Origin: Octopus vulgaris
Lineage: Eukaryota
Direction of reading: 5' to 3'
Assembly: GCA_951406725.2 (NCBI GenBank)
Contig: OX597822.1
Coordinates: 24,490,001 to 24,554,000, forward strand
Length of the DNA: 64,000 nucleotides
Shown: in pieces, positions 26,296 to 40,066 of the stretch
Layout of the letters: every line of letters starts with the position of its first letter
Numbering within the stretch: position 1 is the first letter of the stretch
The notes under the pieces: generated by a model
What the model saw: only the letters and a program-made list of their open reading frames with translations
Database searches by the model: none
Told to the model about the DNA's origin: nothing
Translations under genes and position numbers: made by a program

Positions 26296-27597
26296 ATATA
26301 TATATATATATAAGATGAAGATAGATAAATAGATAGATACACACATACACACTTGCACACACATGCACATACATATTTTTATACTTACATATATGTGTAG
26401 TTAGGGAAAAATTCCGAGCAGTGTTCTGTTGGAGCACATCCGTCTATTCCAGTATTACAATTCACTATATAGTTATTATCGTTATTGTATTGATGTTAGG
26501 TACATACTGGAGTTGAACATTCTCGAAATATCGTTTGTAGAGGATTATTATATGATAAAACAGGATTCTGGAAAATCAAATAAGGAATCTGGAGAATCAA
26601 TTAATATTATTTGATTCTCTGTCTGGAGAATTTCTGATAGGAAATTTCTTACATGTTTTCTGCTACAAGTACAATTTTGTAACTCCTATTGGCAAATGGA
26701 ACATGTGTAATGGTGAATAAATAATTCCAAAAAATTTTCCAGATTCCTGTTTTCTTACATATGTGTGTGTGTGTGTGTGAAATTAAATAAAGACAAAGGA
26801 ATAGGAAATTATGCAGTGAATTTTATTAATTTTTGGCTGTTTCTTCTATAAGACGGCAGCGCACCCTGGGGAGAGAGAGCTTGTGCATCACCATTTAGGA
26901 TTCGGATTCTAGCCCTTCTCTGTCAGTGTCACCATTGTCGGGCTTTTGAGATGGATCGTTGTTATTTTAGGTTATTTGGTTTGGGCTGGTTTAAACTGGT
27001 TTAGGCTGTGTATTGTTTCTCACATAAAAGTAAGTTCATTGTAGTTTTTTTTTTTTTATGAAACCATTTATTTAAACTTGAACGTTATATTGATTAGAAA
27101 AAATTATTTGCCGGAGGTTACATTGCTGAATTCCCCATGTGATTGATGTATGCTATGTCTGGCTAAGAACTGGCTAGCTATATATTTGCGTGGCGACAGG
27201 TGAAGGCATTGTATTCATGGTATGTGTTTAAAAAAGTATATTGTAGACGAAGTGAAGATCTTTTCACTTTGACCGGCAGATTTAAAAAATAATTTCTTTG
27301 TAACTAAACACTTTTGAACTTCGTATACTGGTAGAATGTGTTACATAAAACATCTTTTTCTCTTGGCTTTCTTGAGAAAATTCTGTAGTTTGTAAGCTAT
27401 TTGTTGTTAAATTTATTGCATTTCGGCAATTTCAACTAATCAATGACGTCTTTTGAGGTGAATACAATTTCTGTTGTTGTTTGTCAACAACAACTTCCTG
27501 CGGTCTCTATTTAGTTTGTCACTGTTATTTATGACATATTTCATATCAGTCACGTTCGTATGAATAAAAGATTGTGGGGTTAAGGTTACCACGCACG

Positions 27598-27638
<41 letters not shown>

Positions 27639-27799
27639 GAGGCGAATCCAGGTCATTAGTGTCTCTCGGGCTGAAGTTATTGGCTGCAATTGCATACTTG
27701 AAGTCAGTGTTAGTAGAAATTAAATCAGCTTGAAAATGCACGTTCACTTTACTAAATTTATACTAAGCTCAAATAGCCTCAGTGCCGGAGTCATCAGTC

Positions 27800-27886
<87 letters not shown>

Positions 27887-27889
<3 letters not shown>

Positions 27890-28122
27890 GGTGATCCAAA
27901 AGTAGGTTTATAGTTATGCAACTATCTCTTTCACATTCATACATTAACAGTTTAGATCTTAATTATAAAGATATATGAAACCATTAATCTATGTTAATTT
28001 AGTTCATTTTGTCAAGCTCCCTTTTCAGTTTGTAAGATAGAAATTCAAATGTAATAAAATGTTTTATCAGAAATTTAAAGTGCGTGCACGATAACTGTAA
28101 ACCTACATTTTGGGCCACCCTG
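27887..28122. mobile_element. Tc1/mariner-type MITE in (TA)n
   Basis: TIRs CAGGGTGATCCAAAAGTAGGTTTATAGTTAT / ATAACTGTAAACCTACATTTTGGGCCACCCTG. Confidence 0.8.
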
Positions 28123-28368
28123 ATATATATATAATCGGCCAGTAGTTCATAAATCCGAAAAGAAGCTCACTCTAAAACTTTAGAGCAGAAATACTTCAAA
28201 GGTTAATGTTTATGGCTGATCAGAGAGTGACCACTGGTTTGGCACCTGTAAGGTTATTAGCGGTATAGGTGACTTAGCTAGAAAGCCTAGGTACAATGAG
28301 ATTATCTGTCAAGCCTCAAGGAATTTTGAACGACTTGGAGCAATGAAGTTATCTTCTTTAGTATATTC

Positions 28369-28808
28369 GGATCTTTTCGGTTTGAAAGGCATTTTTAAAA
28401 AATAATTTCCACGTAACTAAACACTTTTAAACTTCGTATACTGGTAGAATGTGTTTATAAAACATCTTTTTCTCTTGGCTTTATTGAGAAAATTTTATAG
28501 TTTGTAAGATATTTGTTGTTTTTTCTTCAATTTCTGCAATTTCAACTAATCAATGACGTCTATTGAGGTAAAAAAACATTCTGTGCCGTATGAATATGTC
28601 CCTCGTTTAAGAAACAAATTAGGTTTATTTACATTTCTGAAGAAAAAAAGATACCCTTTCCCCCCACCCCTTACCCTAACTAACCCTAACTCTAACCCTA
28701 ACCCTAAAACAGATTGAAATGCAATAGATCGATACTAGGGTCATAATTATGGGTGACAATTTCATATGACACCGCAAGAAAAGACTGCCGTTTAAACCGA
28801 AAAGATCC
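28369..28808 (+). mobile_element. Telomere-repeat MITE (copy 3)
   Basis: GGATC...GATCC TIRs; TSD GTATATTC / GTACATTC; degenerate (CCCTAA)n at about 28668-28707. Confidence 0.85.
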
Positions 28809-29456
28809 GTACATTCTCATCTCTTATAATTGCGCTTCTTGTAGGAGGTTCTTTTTTGAAGGAGATTGCTTATTTTATATATACTTTTTACGTCTCTCCT
28901 ATGAAATGAACGGCTGTAGTTAATCTCGAATGGGTCTGTTATTTTTTTCCGTCTCGCTCCAAATGGTCAGCCAGTGTTCTGCTCTGAGGAGCTTGTGAAA
29001 TGTACTGTAACAAGTATTCGATTTCTGACCAGCATTAGAGTAGAACATAAATCATATGATATTGGACAAAGTTACAATCAGAACATTAATTTACATGCAA
29101 ATTTTGCAGCTTTTTATTTTAAACTACTGAATTTTCACATATTTGCCCCGATTTCGTAATCAATTGATTTGATTAAATTTAAAACCATATTTAAACTTCA
29201 GATGTTTAGGTATCTCTTTGAAGCAGCTCAAGCTTAAGTTAGACATGCGAAATATTTTGTAGTATTTTCAGTCAATGTCACAAACAAAAGCTCTGTTTTA
29301 TGATTTCATAGAGCGTTTGAATAATACCCCTCCTCCTCCTCTCTCTCTCTCCACATATATACATTATATATACATATATATACACATACATATATACATA
29401 TATATACAACTATATTATCTTTCTCTCTCTCACACACACAATATAATATGTATATA

Positions 29457-30470
29457 CAGGGGTTTGACTAAATAATGGAAACACCTTAAAATTTCAAACA
29501 AATTAATTTTGATATGTGGTAGAACTGCCTTTGGCAGTAATTACAACTTGAATTCTACGAGTAATGGACTCGTACAAAGTTTGAATTGTTTCCAAACGAA
29601 GTTTTGTCCATTCTTCAGCTAAAATAGTCTCCAGTTCTTGGAATGATGATGGTGGAGGATATCGACGCCTTAATTGTTTTCTTAAAATGCACCATAAATG
29701 TTCAATAATATTGAGATCTGGGGACTGTGATGATCAGATACCATGTTCAACTTCACTAGAATGTTCCTCGTACCATTCAGTAACAACTTTAGCTGTGTGA
29801 ATTGGTGCATTATCATCCTGAAAGATTGCGTTTCCCTCCGGAAACAGTTCCGCAATCACAGGATGGATTTGATCAGATAAAATGCTTAAATAATCTTGAC
29901 TATTAATTCTGCCATGAAGAGAAACCATTTGGCCGGCAAATTTCTACGATATAACCCCCAGATCATCACAGATCTTCCTTCGTGTTTAACAGTTGGAAGA
30001 AGGCAGCTGGGCCAAATGTTTCTTTTGGCTGTCTCCACACGTATACTCGGCCGGTAGTCGGAAATAAGGAAAAGGATGACTCATCTGAGAAAATAACATT
30101 TTCCCACTGCTTTAGGGACCAATTCTGTAGGTTTGTAACATTTGTTTTTGAAAGTAGTGGTTTCTGTTTGCAGCCCTCCCGTGAAATCCGGCTTTGTGCA
30201 GCTCCTGGCAAACAGTTTTTGTGGGAGCTGGGTTCTCGATGTTGTCATTAAGCTCTGCAGTAATTATGGGAGCTATACTTTTGTGAGCCTTTCTAACAAT
30301 TCGTGTAAGAGTCCGACGGTCCCTATCTGAAAGTTTTGGCTTTCTCCCAGAGTTTTGTTTCGACGACGAGGAATTTCCCTCTTTGAAAGTCCGATAGATC
30401 TGTCATTTTAATGAATTTTAATTACTTTTTTCTGATGATATTTGAAAAGAAACAACTATTTTAACAATGC
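29457..30470 (-). mobile_element. Second, 5'-truncated copy of the same Tc1 family
   Basis: VIFSDESSF and FQDDNAPIH motifs; near-identical peptide to ORF 2937..3131; TIR CAGGGGTTTGACTAAATAATGGAAACACC next to TA. Confidence 0.92.
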
Positions 30471-31522
30471 ATTCTGTAGTTCTTTGTCACAGACAGACAC
30501 GGAATTTCAAGAACCGAAACGAAAGGTTCACCCGAAATTTGTTGTTTCGTCGTCGACAATCCAACCACGCACAGATTGTAGTAGAAGGTTAAACTGACCT
30601 TAAAATACTTCTTACCTAAGCAATATATATTTTTCTTTTCTTCAAGGCTACACATAAATTTGCACATTTGATGATACAGCTGTTCGCCATGAACTCAAAA
30701 TTAGTCAAAATTCTTATTTGAAACGTGTATCAGTCTATCTCACATATGCTTAACCCCATAGAGAAATGTTTCTTGTGCATAAAATATGTACAAAAAGGAA
30801 ACGAAACTTTCTATACCAGACATACATGCACAAATAATTAACAATCCTACAGGTCTAACAGTGGAGGCGCAATGGCCCAGTGGTTAGGGAAGCGGACTCG
30901 CGGTCGGAGGATCGCGGTTTCGATTCCCAGACCGGGCGTTGTATGTGTTTATTGAGCGAAAACACCTAAGAGCTTCACGAGGCTTCGGCAAGGGGTGGTG
31001 GCGACCCCTGTTGTACTCTTTCGCCACAACTTTTTCTCACTCTTCCTATTTCTTGAGTAACGCTGCGATGACTGGCGTCCCGTCCAGCTGGGGTGAACAC
31101 ATACGTCACAGAAACCGGGAAAGCGGGCCCATGAGCCTGGCTGGGCTTGAAAAGGGACGACGTTTATCGTTACAGGTGAGACAAAATACACACAACGAGA
31201 TATTATTTTCAAAAACATTAAAACGAGGTCCCATAACCTCGTAATTACTCCAAAAAAAAAAAACTGAAAGGTACGACTTGTGACAAAAACAAAAAAATCG
31301 TCTTAGATTCACTATTCTTGACAAACGTTTCAACAGAAAACGAACCAGTCTAAATTATGATGAAAACTGAAAAGAAAACGGCAAAATATGAGTTACGTGA
31401 AGACACGATTACTGTTTGCGAAACTTCATAAGCGACACCAACGGTCGTTTTACTGCCGCACTCTGTATTACAGACTGGCGAGCGGTTTGCTTCGTTATTT
31501 GGTTGCTGAAAACTTGTAATTA

Positions 31523-32013
31523 CCGTAAATCCACGAGTATAATACGCTGGGGATTTTTAGGAGGCTGTACCGCTGAAAAACCTAAACCTTGTGTATAATA
31601 CGCACCCCTTCTCTAACTTGAGTCGTGCGTACCTAGTCGAACAAACACTTCCGCGCATGCGTAATACAATAATGATAATGTTCTTAACTGTTATATGGGA
31701 ATGTAAATATGTTTGCAAATTGTTTTTGTTACATGTTATTCTGTGTTCTGAATACTTTTACTTTAATAAATGTTGCTTACTGTAAGTTATGGACGATTCT
31801 TTTCTGACTTCATTGCTTTCAGGCTTAGCTTAAAGTATTTTCGCGCCCGACATCACAAAATACGTCTGAATAAACATTGCCGAACAGCAAATAGAGACTC
31901 AGACATTGCTTAGAAAATATTTTTCATTTTTAACCTCTTATATAGTACGCACTAAGGATTTTGACCTTTAAATTTTTGGGGGAAAAATGCGGATTATACT
32001 CGAGAATTGACGG
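31523..32013 (+). mobile_element. Tc2/pogo-like MITE (CCGTAAATCC.CGAGTATA TIR, TA TSD)
   Basis: TIRs and TA flanks; copies at 50716-51232 and 62233-63147. Confidence 0.8.
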
Positions 32014-32759
32014 TAACCAGGCAAGTTCACATTGTTGATATTAAAAATTCTGTTAAGGCGGCGAGCTGGCAGAATCGTTAGCACGCCAGGCGAAATGCTT
32101 AGCGGCATTTCGTCTGCCGCTACGTTCTGAGTTCAAATTCCACCGAAATCGACTTTGCCTTTCATCCTTTCGGGGTCGATAAATTAAGTACCAGTTACGC
32201 ACTGGGGTCGAGATAATCGACTTAATCCGTTTGTCTGTCCTTGTTTGTCCTGTCTGTGTTTAACCCCTTGTGGGTAGTAAAGAAATAGGTATTTCGTTCG
32301 TCTTTACGTTCTGAGTTCAAATTCCGCCGGGGTCGATAAAATAAGTACCAGTTGAGCACTGGAGCCGATGTAATCGACTTAACCCCGCTCCTCCAAAATC
32401 TCGGGCTTTGTGTTTATAGTAGAAAGGATATTAGAAATTCTGTTATGATGCTTTGAGGTTATATTTTCTATTAGATAAATCGTTTTTATTAGCCGGATTG
32501 TTCCCGTACGCCACAATACTTGTGTGTCAGATATGTAATGCTCACATTGTCCCTTCACTTTATCGATTGTTATTGTTGAATATGTTGTGTTTACTCGGGT
32601 GTGTATATGTCTATGTGTGTGTGTGTGTGTTGTTTGTGTGTGTGTGTGTGTGGTTGTGTGCATGTATGTGCTGCTGTGTGCTTGCTGTGGAAAGTGCTCA
32701 CGTACAGGTGTCAATGTGTTTGATCGTATACACATAGAACGCTCACCGCAACAAACACC

Positions 32760-32816
<57 letters not shown>

Positions 32817-34185
32817 CACCACCACCACCACCACCACCACCACCTCTACCACCTCTACCACTACTACCGCCACCATCACCACCACCACTACTACTAATGC
32901 TCATGCACACACACTTTAAAATGTTTGGCAGTGTTCAGTAAAATATAAACAAGAAAGAACTTGTGCAAAAGGATAGCTGAATATGAGAAATACTTAAAAT
33001 TACTGAAGTGCAACGGAAATATTTTGAAATAAGTTTTTAAAAAAAGTCAGTAAAATGCAAAAATGGGAAGGAACAATACTTTCATCATATATTAGGCTGT
33101 ACCGCGAGGTACAAGAAAAATTTACTTGTCGAACAGAATAATATGCTTGCAATAATCAAATAAAAATTGAAACGCTTTGTGTTCATTCGCTTTGACGCCG
33201 CTGTTGTTACTTTGGAGCGGTTACACCCAATTTGAAGTGGCAATGTCTCACTTTGAAATTCTTTATCTCATTTTGAAAGAAAAATCTGCTCAACCAGAAT
33301 TACAAATACTGAAGTTAGCGACTACTTTACTCATCATTTTATAACATTAAAATTTCACTTGATGTTGCAACGGTGATTCGAAACCGAACCGCTAGGTAAC
33401 CAGTCATATATCACGACGAACCACAGTTGTTTCACGTGATCGGTTTACTACGCAACTAATCTGTGTCAGTCCATCGCGTGATGCGATCATCTGGAATCTT
33501 CTTCTTGTGCCCTATAAAAAGCCGCTATTGGTGCCAACACTCTTTGCAACACTGTTTAGAGCGACTGACTCATTTGTTACGAGGCAGAATGATGAGGCAG
33601 TTACACGATCTGTCTCCACCAAGGCCGACTTTGCCTTTCATCCTCTCGGGATCGATAAAACATGTACCAGTTGAGTACTGAGGTCGATGTAATCGACTTA
33701 ATTCCCACCCCCACTAAATTGCTGGCCTTGAGACTTACCTCCATACCCCAAAATTACTTGCCTTGAGATAAAATTTGAAATCAGCATTATAAACCTCTCT
33801 GCAGTCGCTAGAAATAACAGCTAAGTATTTATGGGTACTCGACCAATTACGTCATTTCAGTCGTGTTGTTTTGTTTCTTCGTCGAAACATCTAGTCTTGC
33901 TAAATGACATGTGTCACGTAAGCAGTAGGTAGGATCGCATGACAGCACGCAGTCTAAACTCACTGCATCGGTAATATTATAGAGACACTGGATAATATAG
34001 TTTTATTTACATTGCACCTGAAACGAAAAGTAAGTGAAATATAGGATGATCACGCAAAGAATGCCTCTGTCTAGTCAGGACTGACTACTTGAAGCACTGC
34101 GCCAACATCCGGTATTTAGTCATTTTAATATTACATCCGGCAGTTAGTCATTTTTGATAACAGCAGCAACAACAACAACAACAAC

Positions 34186-34216
<31 letters not shown>

Positions 34217-34239
<23 letters not shown>

Positions 34240-34780
34240 GCCCTGATGCAATACCAGGCAGTGGCTCTCATGGCTTCTGGTCTTAACTGATTGTAAGTGT
34301 TATCATGTACATTGTTTTGTCTTGGTATAAAAGATGGGCTACAGCAAATATTCTGCTCAGTACCACAGATTTGCTTGTCAGTTGTTTGACTTTAACCAGT
34401 TGAGAATGTCCCTTGGTGGCTGATGATATGTGCATCTCTGATCTCAAACAGAAGTAGTGGGGGAGCATCATAGCCATGTATCGAGAGGAATTCTTTTGGC
34501 TTTGAATAATTAATATTGGAAGCATGGCTGTTTTGTTCATCATCTTTAAACAACCCTTATTCAGGGACATGTTGATGGGCTACTCGATCTGAATAAAATT
34601 CTAACTGGGTCCCACCTGCAAGGTTATGAGCTGTTTATCTTAATATGAGATCACCATGTCGCGCACATTTGGTTGTGATGCATGTGCTTGGAGTACCTTT
34701 ATCAGACGGGTAGTCGTGATGGGTATACTGGGCTTTGTGTATTTTACACCAGTGTCACTTTGGTAGCATGCATCGCTCTC
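34217..34780 (-). mobile_element. R4/Dong-like non-LTR element 3' end abutting (TAA)n
   Basis: Same 3' sequence at 44785-44907 (+), also ending in (TTA)n next to R4-type endonuclease remnants. Confidence 0.55.
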
Positions 34781-34810
34781 CCACCAACACCACCACCACT
34801 GCTGCTGCTG

Positions 34811-34859
<49 letters not shown>

Positions 34860-35715
34860 ATATTAGAAGGCAAGTTGTCTGTCTGTATGTTGCGTGAACC
34901 ACTCCTACAATTTTCAACCGAATTACACCAAATTTGACATGTGTGCTCTCTTTGAATTAAGACGCTTTTTCTTATAATTTTTTCCTCGAAATTCCGCGCC
35001 CCCAACATAAATAGACTACTCTCAATTCACCTATGATCTGGCTTCTGCCAGCGTAAAAACGTGGCACACACACAGCTGGAAAAATCAATACTTTACTTTG
35101 TCAGCTGTGGCAAGTTCTTATCGAGCTTGTTTATCGAGCAGTATATATTTTCGAGTTACGATTTGCCTCTGTTTTAACGTGAGCGCTCTTTTTCATATAA
35201 TCATTCCAACTTAAACTAGCCACTTCAAAACTCTTACCCAAAATTTAAAATCCTTAATTCGGTCTGTTTGATTAACATTTTTTGCCAATTACATTTTACT
35301 ATGTTTTATTAACTGACACTCCGTTACTGATCAATTAGAGGAATAACCTGCCCCCTCTCTGAACTTTGCCGTTCACCTTTTCGGGGTCTACCACACTCAC
35401 TGAAAAGGTAATTGATCCCTTCGTCTCTTTTCCTTATTTGTTGATCCGATCAACAGCACAACTTACTCTTGAAATTAACGTGAAAGTGGTGGATCACTCC
35501 ACAGACACTCGTATCCTTAACGTGGTTGTTAGGGAGATTCAGTGTAACACAGAATGTGACAAGACAGCCCTTTGAATTACAGATTTAACTTATTTTTGCC
35601 AACTTAGTGGACTGGAGCAATGCGAAATATAGTGTCTTGCTCAAGAACACAACACGCCGCCGGGAATCGAACTCACGACCTTACGATCGTGAGCTGATTG
35701 CCCTAACCACTCGGC

Positions 35716-36060
35716 CCTTTCTGAAATGGACAAAGGCCGAACTACAGATCTTGGACAGAACTAGAAAGCTGCTCACAATGCACAACGCACACCATCATAA
35801 ACACATTTTCGACAGGCTCTTTCTACAAAGAAAGGAACGGGTAAAGGATTATTAAAAAGAGAAGATGTCGTTAGTGCCGCGATATTGGGGTTGAAAAATT
35901 ATGCTGTGCGGAGCAAAGAAAGTCACAGATGCCCCAAACTTGATGAAAATCTGTAAGAATACAAAAAGAGAAGGAAGAACAATAGAGCAAGGGGGTGGAA
36001 AGAAATAGAATTGCATGACCAATTCATGTAACAAACCAAGAATATTGGAAATAAAGAAGC
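35716..36060 (+). mobile_element. R4/Dong-like RT-thumb remnant
   Basis: KWTKAELQILDR-TRKLLTMHNAHH...DRLFL.RKE motif; sister fragment at about 40510-40800. Confidence 0.6.
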
Positions 36061-36598
36061 TGGCTCTGGCTGACGGATGAGAATCTGAAATGAAAGCCCG
36101 AAGCCAAAACGATAAAATATGGCACCAGTGAAGAACTGGGGTCGGGCAATCGACTAACCCATTCCCCTTAAAATTTTTAGGCTTGTACAAAAATTTGAAA
36201 CAGTTATTATTGAGCTGACAGAATCGTTAGCACGCCGGGCGAAATGCTTAGCGGTATTTCGTCTGCCGCTACGCTCTGAGTTCAAATTCCGCCGAGGTCG
36301 ACTTTGCCTTTCATCCTTTCGGGGCCGATTAAATAAGTACCAGTTACGCACTGGAGTCGATATAATCGACTTAATCCGTCTGTCTGTCCTTGTTTGTCTC
36401 CTCTGTGTTTAGACCCTTGTGGGTAGTAAAGAAATAGGTATTTCACCCGTTGCTACATTCTGAGTTCAAATTCCACCGAGGTTGACTTTGCCTGTCATCC
36501 TATCGAGGTCGATAAATTAAGTACCTGTGAAACACTGGGATCGATAAAATCGACTAGTCCCCCCCCCAATTTCAGACCTTGTGCCTATATTAGAAAGG

Positions 36599-36687
<89 letters not shown>

Positions 36688-37006
36688 GGCGGCGAGCAGG
36701 CAGAATCGTTAGCGTGCCGGGCAAAATGTCGAGCGGTATTTCGTTCGTCCTTACATTCTGAGTTCAAATTCCGTCGAGGCCAATTTTACCTTTCATCCTT
36801 TCGGGGTCGATGAAATAAGTACCAGCTACGCATTAGGGTCGATGTGATCGACTATCCCCAATTCCACAAATTCCAGGCCTCACAAAATTTCCCATATGCG
36901 CGCGCATGCACGCATACACGCTTACACATACACACATATCTATGCGTACACACACATCCATGGAAGCACACACAGAAACATATACATGTAGACAGAAAGA
37001 GTGAGA

Positions 37007-37680
37007 TTATTTACATTCGACGGATATTTGCCGTTATCATGTTTGTTGTTAACACAACGTTTCGGCTGATAAACCCTCAAGCCTTCTTCAAGTGTCTTGG
37101 GGAAATTTCGAACCTGGGTTGTCGACCTGAGTTCAAATTCCGCCGAGGTCGACTTTGCCTTTCATCCTTTCGGGGTCGATAAATTATGTACCAGTTACGA
37201 ACTGGGGTCGATGTAATCGACTTAATCCGTGTGTCTGTCCTTGTTTGTCCCCTCTGTGTTTAGCCCCTTGTGGGTAGTAAAGAAATATATATTTAGTAGT
37301 AAAGAAATATATGGTTAGCGGTATTTCGTCTGTCGTTACGTTGTGAGTTCAAATTCCGCCGAGGTCGACTTTGCCTTTCATCCTTTCGGGGTCGATTAAA
37401 TAAGTACCAGTTACGCACTGGGGTCGATGTAATCGACTTAATACCTATGTCTGTCCTTGTTTGTCCCCTTTGTGTTTAGCCCCTTGTGGGTAATAAAGAA
37501 ATAGGTATTTTTCGATGTTATTATTATTATTATTGTTCAGGTCACTGCTTGGAATCGAACTCGGACTCTTGGGGTTAGTAGCCCGCGCACTTAACCACTT
37601 CGCCATATACCCACGCGCATATGGCGTGGTGGTTAAGAGCGTGGGCTATTAACAATAATAATAATAACAACAACACCCAC

Positions 37681-37741
<61 letters not shown>

Positions 37742-37932
37742 TCGAAAAATACCATAGGAACGAGAACCCAGGTTCGAAATTTTCCCAAGACACCTGATGA
37801 AGGCTGGAGGGTATATCAGCCAAAACGTTGTGTTAACAACAAACAAGATGAGGACAAATATCCGTCTAATGTAAATAACGTAAATAATGTAAATAATGTA
37901 CATAATTCCTCATCTCTTAAATATAGAACTGT
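37007..37932. mobile_element. Inverted-dimer element with tRNA head, (AAT)n and hammerhead (locus 2); SINE A multimer nested at about 37121-37505
   Basis: Perfect 13-bp TSD AGAAAGAGTGAGA (36994-37006 / 37933-37945); head-to-head tRNA-like heads centred near 37612; hammerhead motifs at 37051-37096 (-) and 37789-37834 (+). Confidence 0.88.
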
Positions 37933-39234
37933 AGAAAGAGTGAGAGACAAGCACTTTCCCTCTCTTCAAACAACTAAAGAAAAATACACTAATACACATA
38001 AACAGAGAGAGGGGGAAGAGAGAGAAAGGAGATGAAAGAGAGAAGAGAGAGAGGAGAGAAGTGGAAGCGGAGAGGAAGAGGAGAGAGCGGCGAGAGAGGG
38101 AGAGAGAAACACTAAAACATCTGATGTAAAATAAGCCAGCGTCGAATTAACAACGCGCCAAATAGACAACGCGAAAACGCCCGTGCCAAAACATTTCACA
38201 CCCAACAGAAACGAAAGAGTGAAGACTTGTTGCATAACCATTGCTCAATATTCAGGACAAAACACTAAATTGCCACATTTCAACAAATTCCTTTACTCAA
38301 CCTACAGTTCCTATTACCTTGAACTAATTTCATGCGTCGAGTATACTACGCTGTAAATGTCAAAAAGTTAGAGGTCTATATTAGTTCGCTGTGGTGTTGA
38401 AAGTTATATCTGTTACAGAGTATGAAGTACAGATCTCTAACATAATTAGGACATACACCAAAGTTCAGTTCTGTTTTATCTTGTATATATTTTGCCTACG
38501 TAATTTGAATAGACGGTAAATGTAGAACTTTCTCACTCTCTGTATGACATATCGGTCATTTAAGGAAGCAAGCCCCTGCTATAACGTTACACTGGATGAC
38601 ATCGATTTCGTTTCTAACATAAACTCTAATTTTCTTTTTTTTTTTATATTTTATGTATATCATATCGGTTTCCTGTTTCTCCGTTCTCGCTTTTTTTTCC
38701 TTCTTTTTTTTTATAGCTTCGCTAGTAGAGGAATGGCGATACCAATGACCTTTTCGCAGAAATTCCGAAACTGGAAAAGGGCAAGACAAAAAAAAAAAAA
38801 AGAAAAGAAAAGGTAAAAAAACAGAAAGAACATGACGAGTGGATCATCTATCCATTATTTTTTTATGCGCCCATTTCAAGCCTAACCAGGCTCATGGGTC
38901 CGTTTTCCCGGTTTCTGTGGCGTACGTGTTCTCTCCAGCTGGACGGGACACCAGTCCATCGCAGCGTTACTAAAGAAACAAGAAGAGAGAAAGCTGGGGC
39001 GAAAGAGTACAACAGGGGTTGCCACCAACCCCTGCCGAAGCCTCGTGGAGTTTTAGGTGTTTTCACTCAATAAACACACACAACGCCCGGTCTTGGAATG
39101 GAAACCACGATCCTACGACCGCGAGTCCGCTGCCCTAACCACTGGGCCATTGCGCCTCCACTATCTAGCCATACACGATCTAAATATTTTCAACGGAATG
39201 CTTTTCCTTCGAGTTTTATTATCAAGACTCATAT

Positions 39235-39306
<72 letters not shown>

Positions 39307-39674
39307 GTTATGTCTCTAAAACCATGACAATAAAATTCTATGTATTTTATTTCTTGCGCTATCGGATCAACGAACGACCCCTGGTAACTTCCTTGATAAG
39401 CATAATTTACCTTGTCATGAAGTTTCATGAAAGAAAACGAAGTTGGTCTCCTGCTGCCTTCTTTCGGATGTTTTATCATTTTTTTAAAATGATATCATGG
39501 TATCAGTTAGATACTAACAAGTTCACTACATTCGCCTGGGTATTCAGAACATGAAGAACCGGAACAGCTATCGCAAGAATTCCTTTATAATCACAACATA
39601 CATTGTCAAGGGGCTCCTGTGGAAGAATACAAAAGGGGTTTCCTAATACTGTCCTTCGACTGTTTTATAATTTA

Positions 39675-40066
39675 CTAGCAGTATTGCCCGGCGTTGCTCG
39701 GGTTTGTTTCGACCCTTTAGAATTGGAATTTTTGAAAAGTAAAAAGTTTGCATTATGTAGCTTGTTATTCTCTTTACGTGAACATTTTTCTGGTTGAAAT
39801 ACACCGAAAAATGGCGACACAGCAGTCAAAAAATCATTTAAAAAATAGGGATTTTCATAGAAAAAAAGCACCTTTTTGACGTAAATAATTTTTGGTGTTT
39901 ACATGGTCCGATTTGAATTTTATCTTCTACGGAAAGAAGAGCAACCCTTCTTCTATCATACTCTCAATTTTGGTCAACTTGCGCCGCAGTGTCTCGGAGG
40001 AGATAGTGTTAGTTGAAGGCTACCAAACCTGCCGCACACAGACAACTTCAGCTCTCTCTATATAGA
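39675..40066 (-). mobile_element. Non-autonomous Helitron
   Basis: Minus strand reads A|TC...CCCGAGCAACGCCGGG hairpin...CTAG|T with no TSD; relative at 62420-62814 nested in a MITE. Confidence 0.8.

Noticed and set aside
37535-37652. tRNA genes here and at the SINE heads
   Set aside because: A/B boxes are present but acceptor and T stems do not pair; these are tRNA-derived repeat heads
39411-39479. MIKHPKEGSRR...LHDK|GTAAAT as an alternative SAT first exon
   Set aside because: Similarity to SSAT is too weak and the conserved hydrophobic pattern is missing
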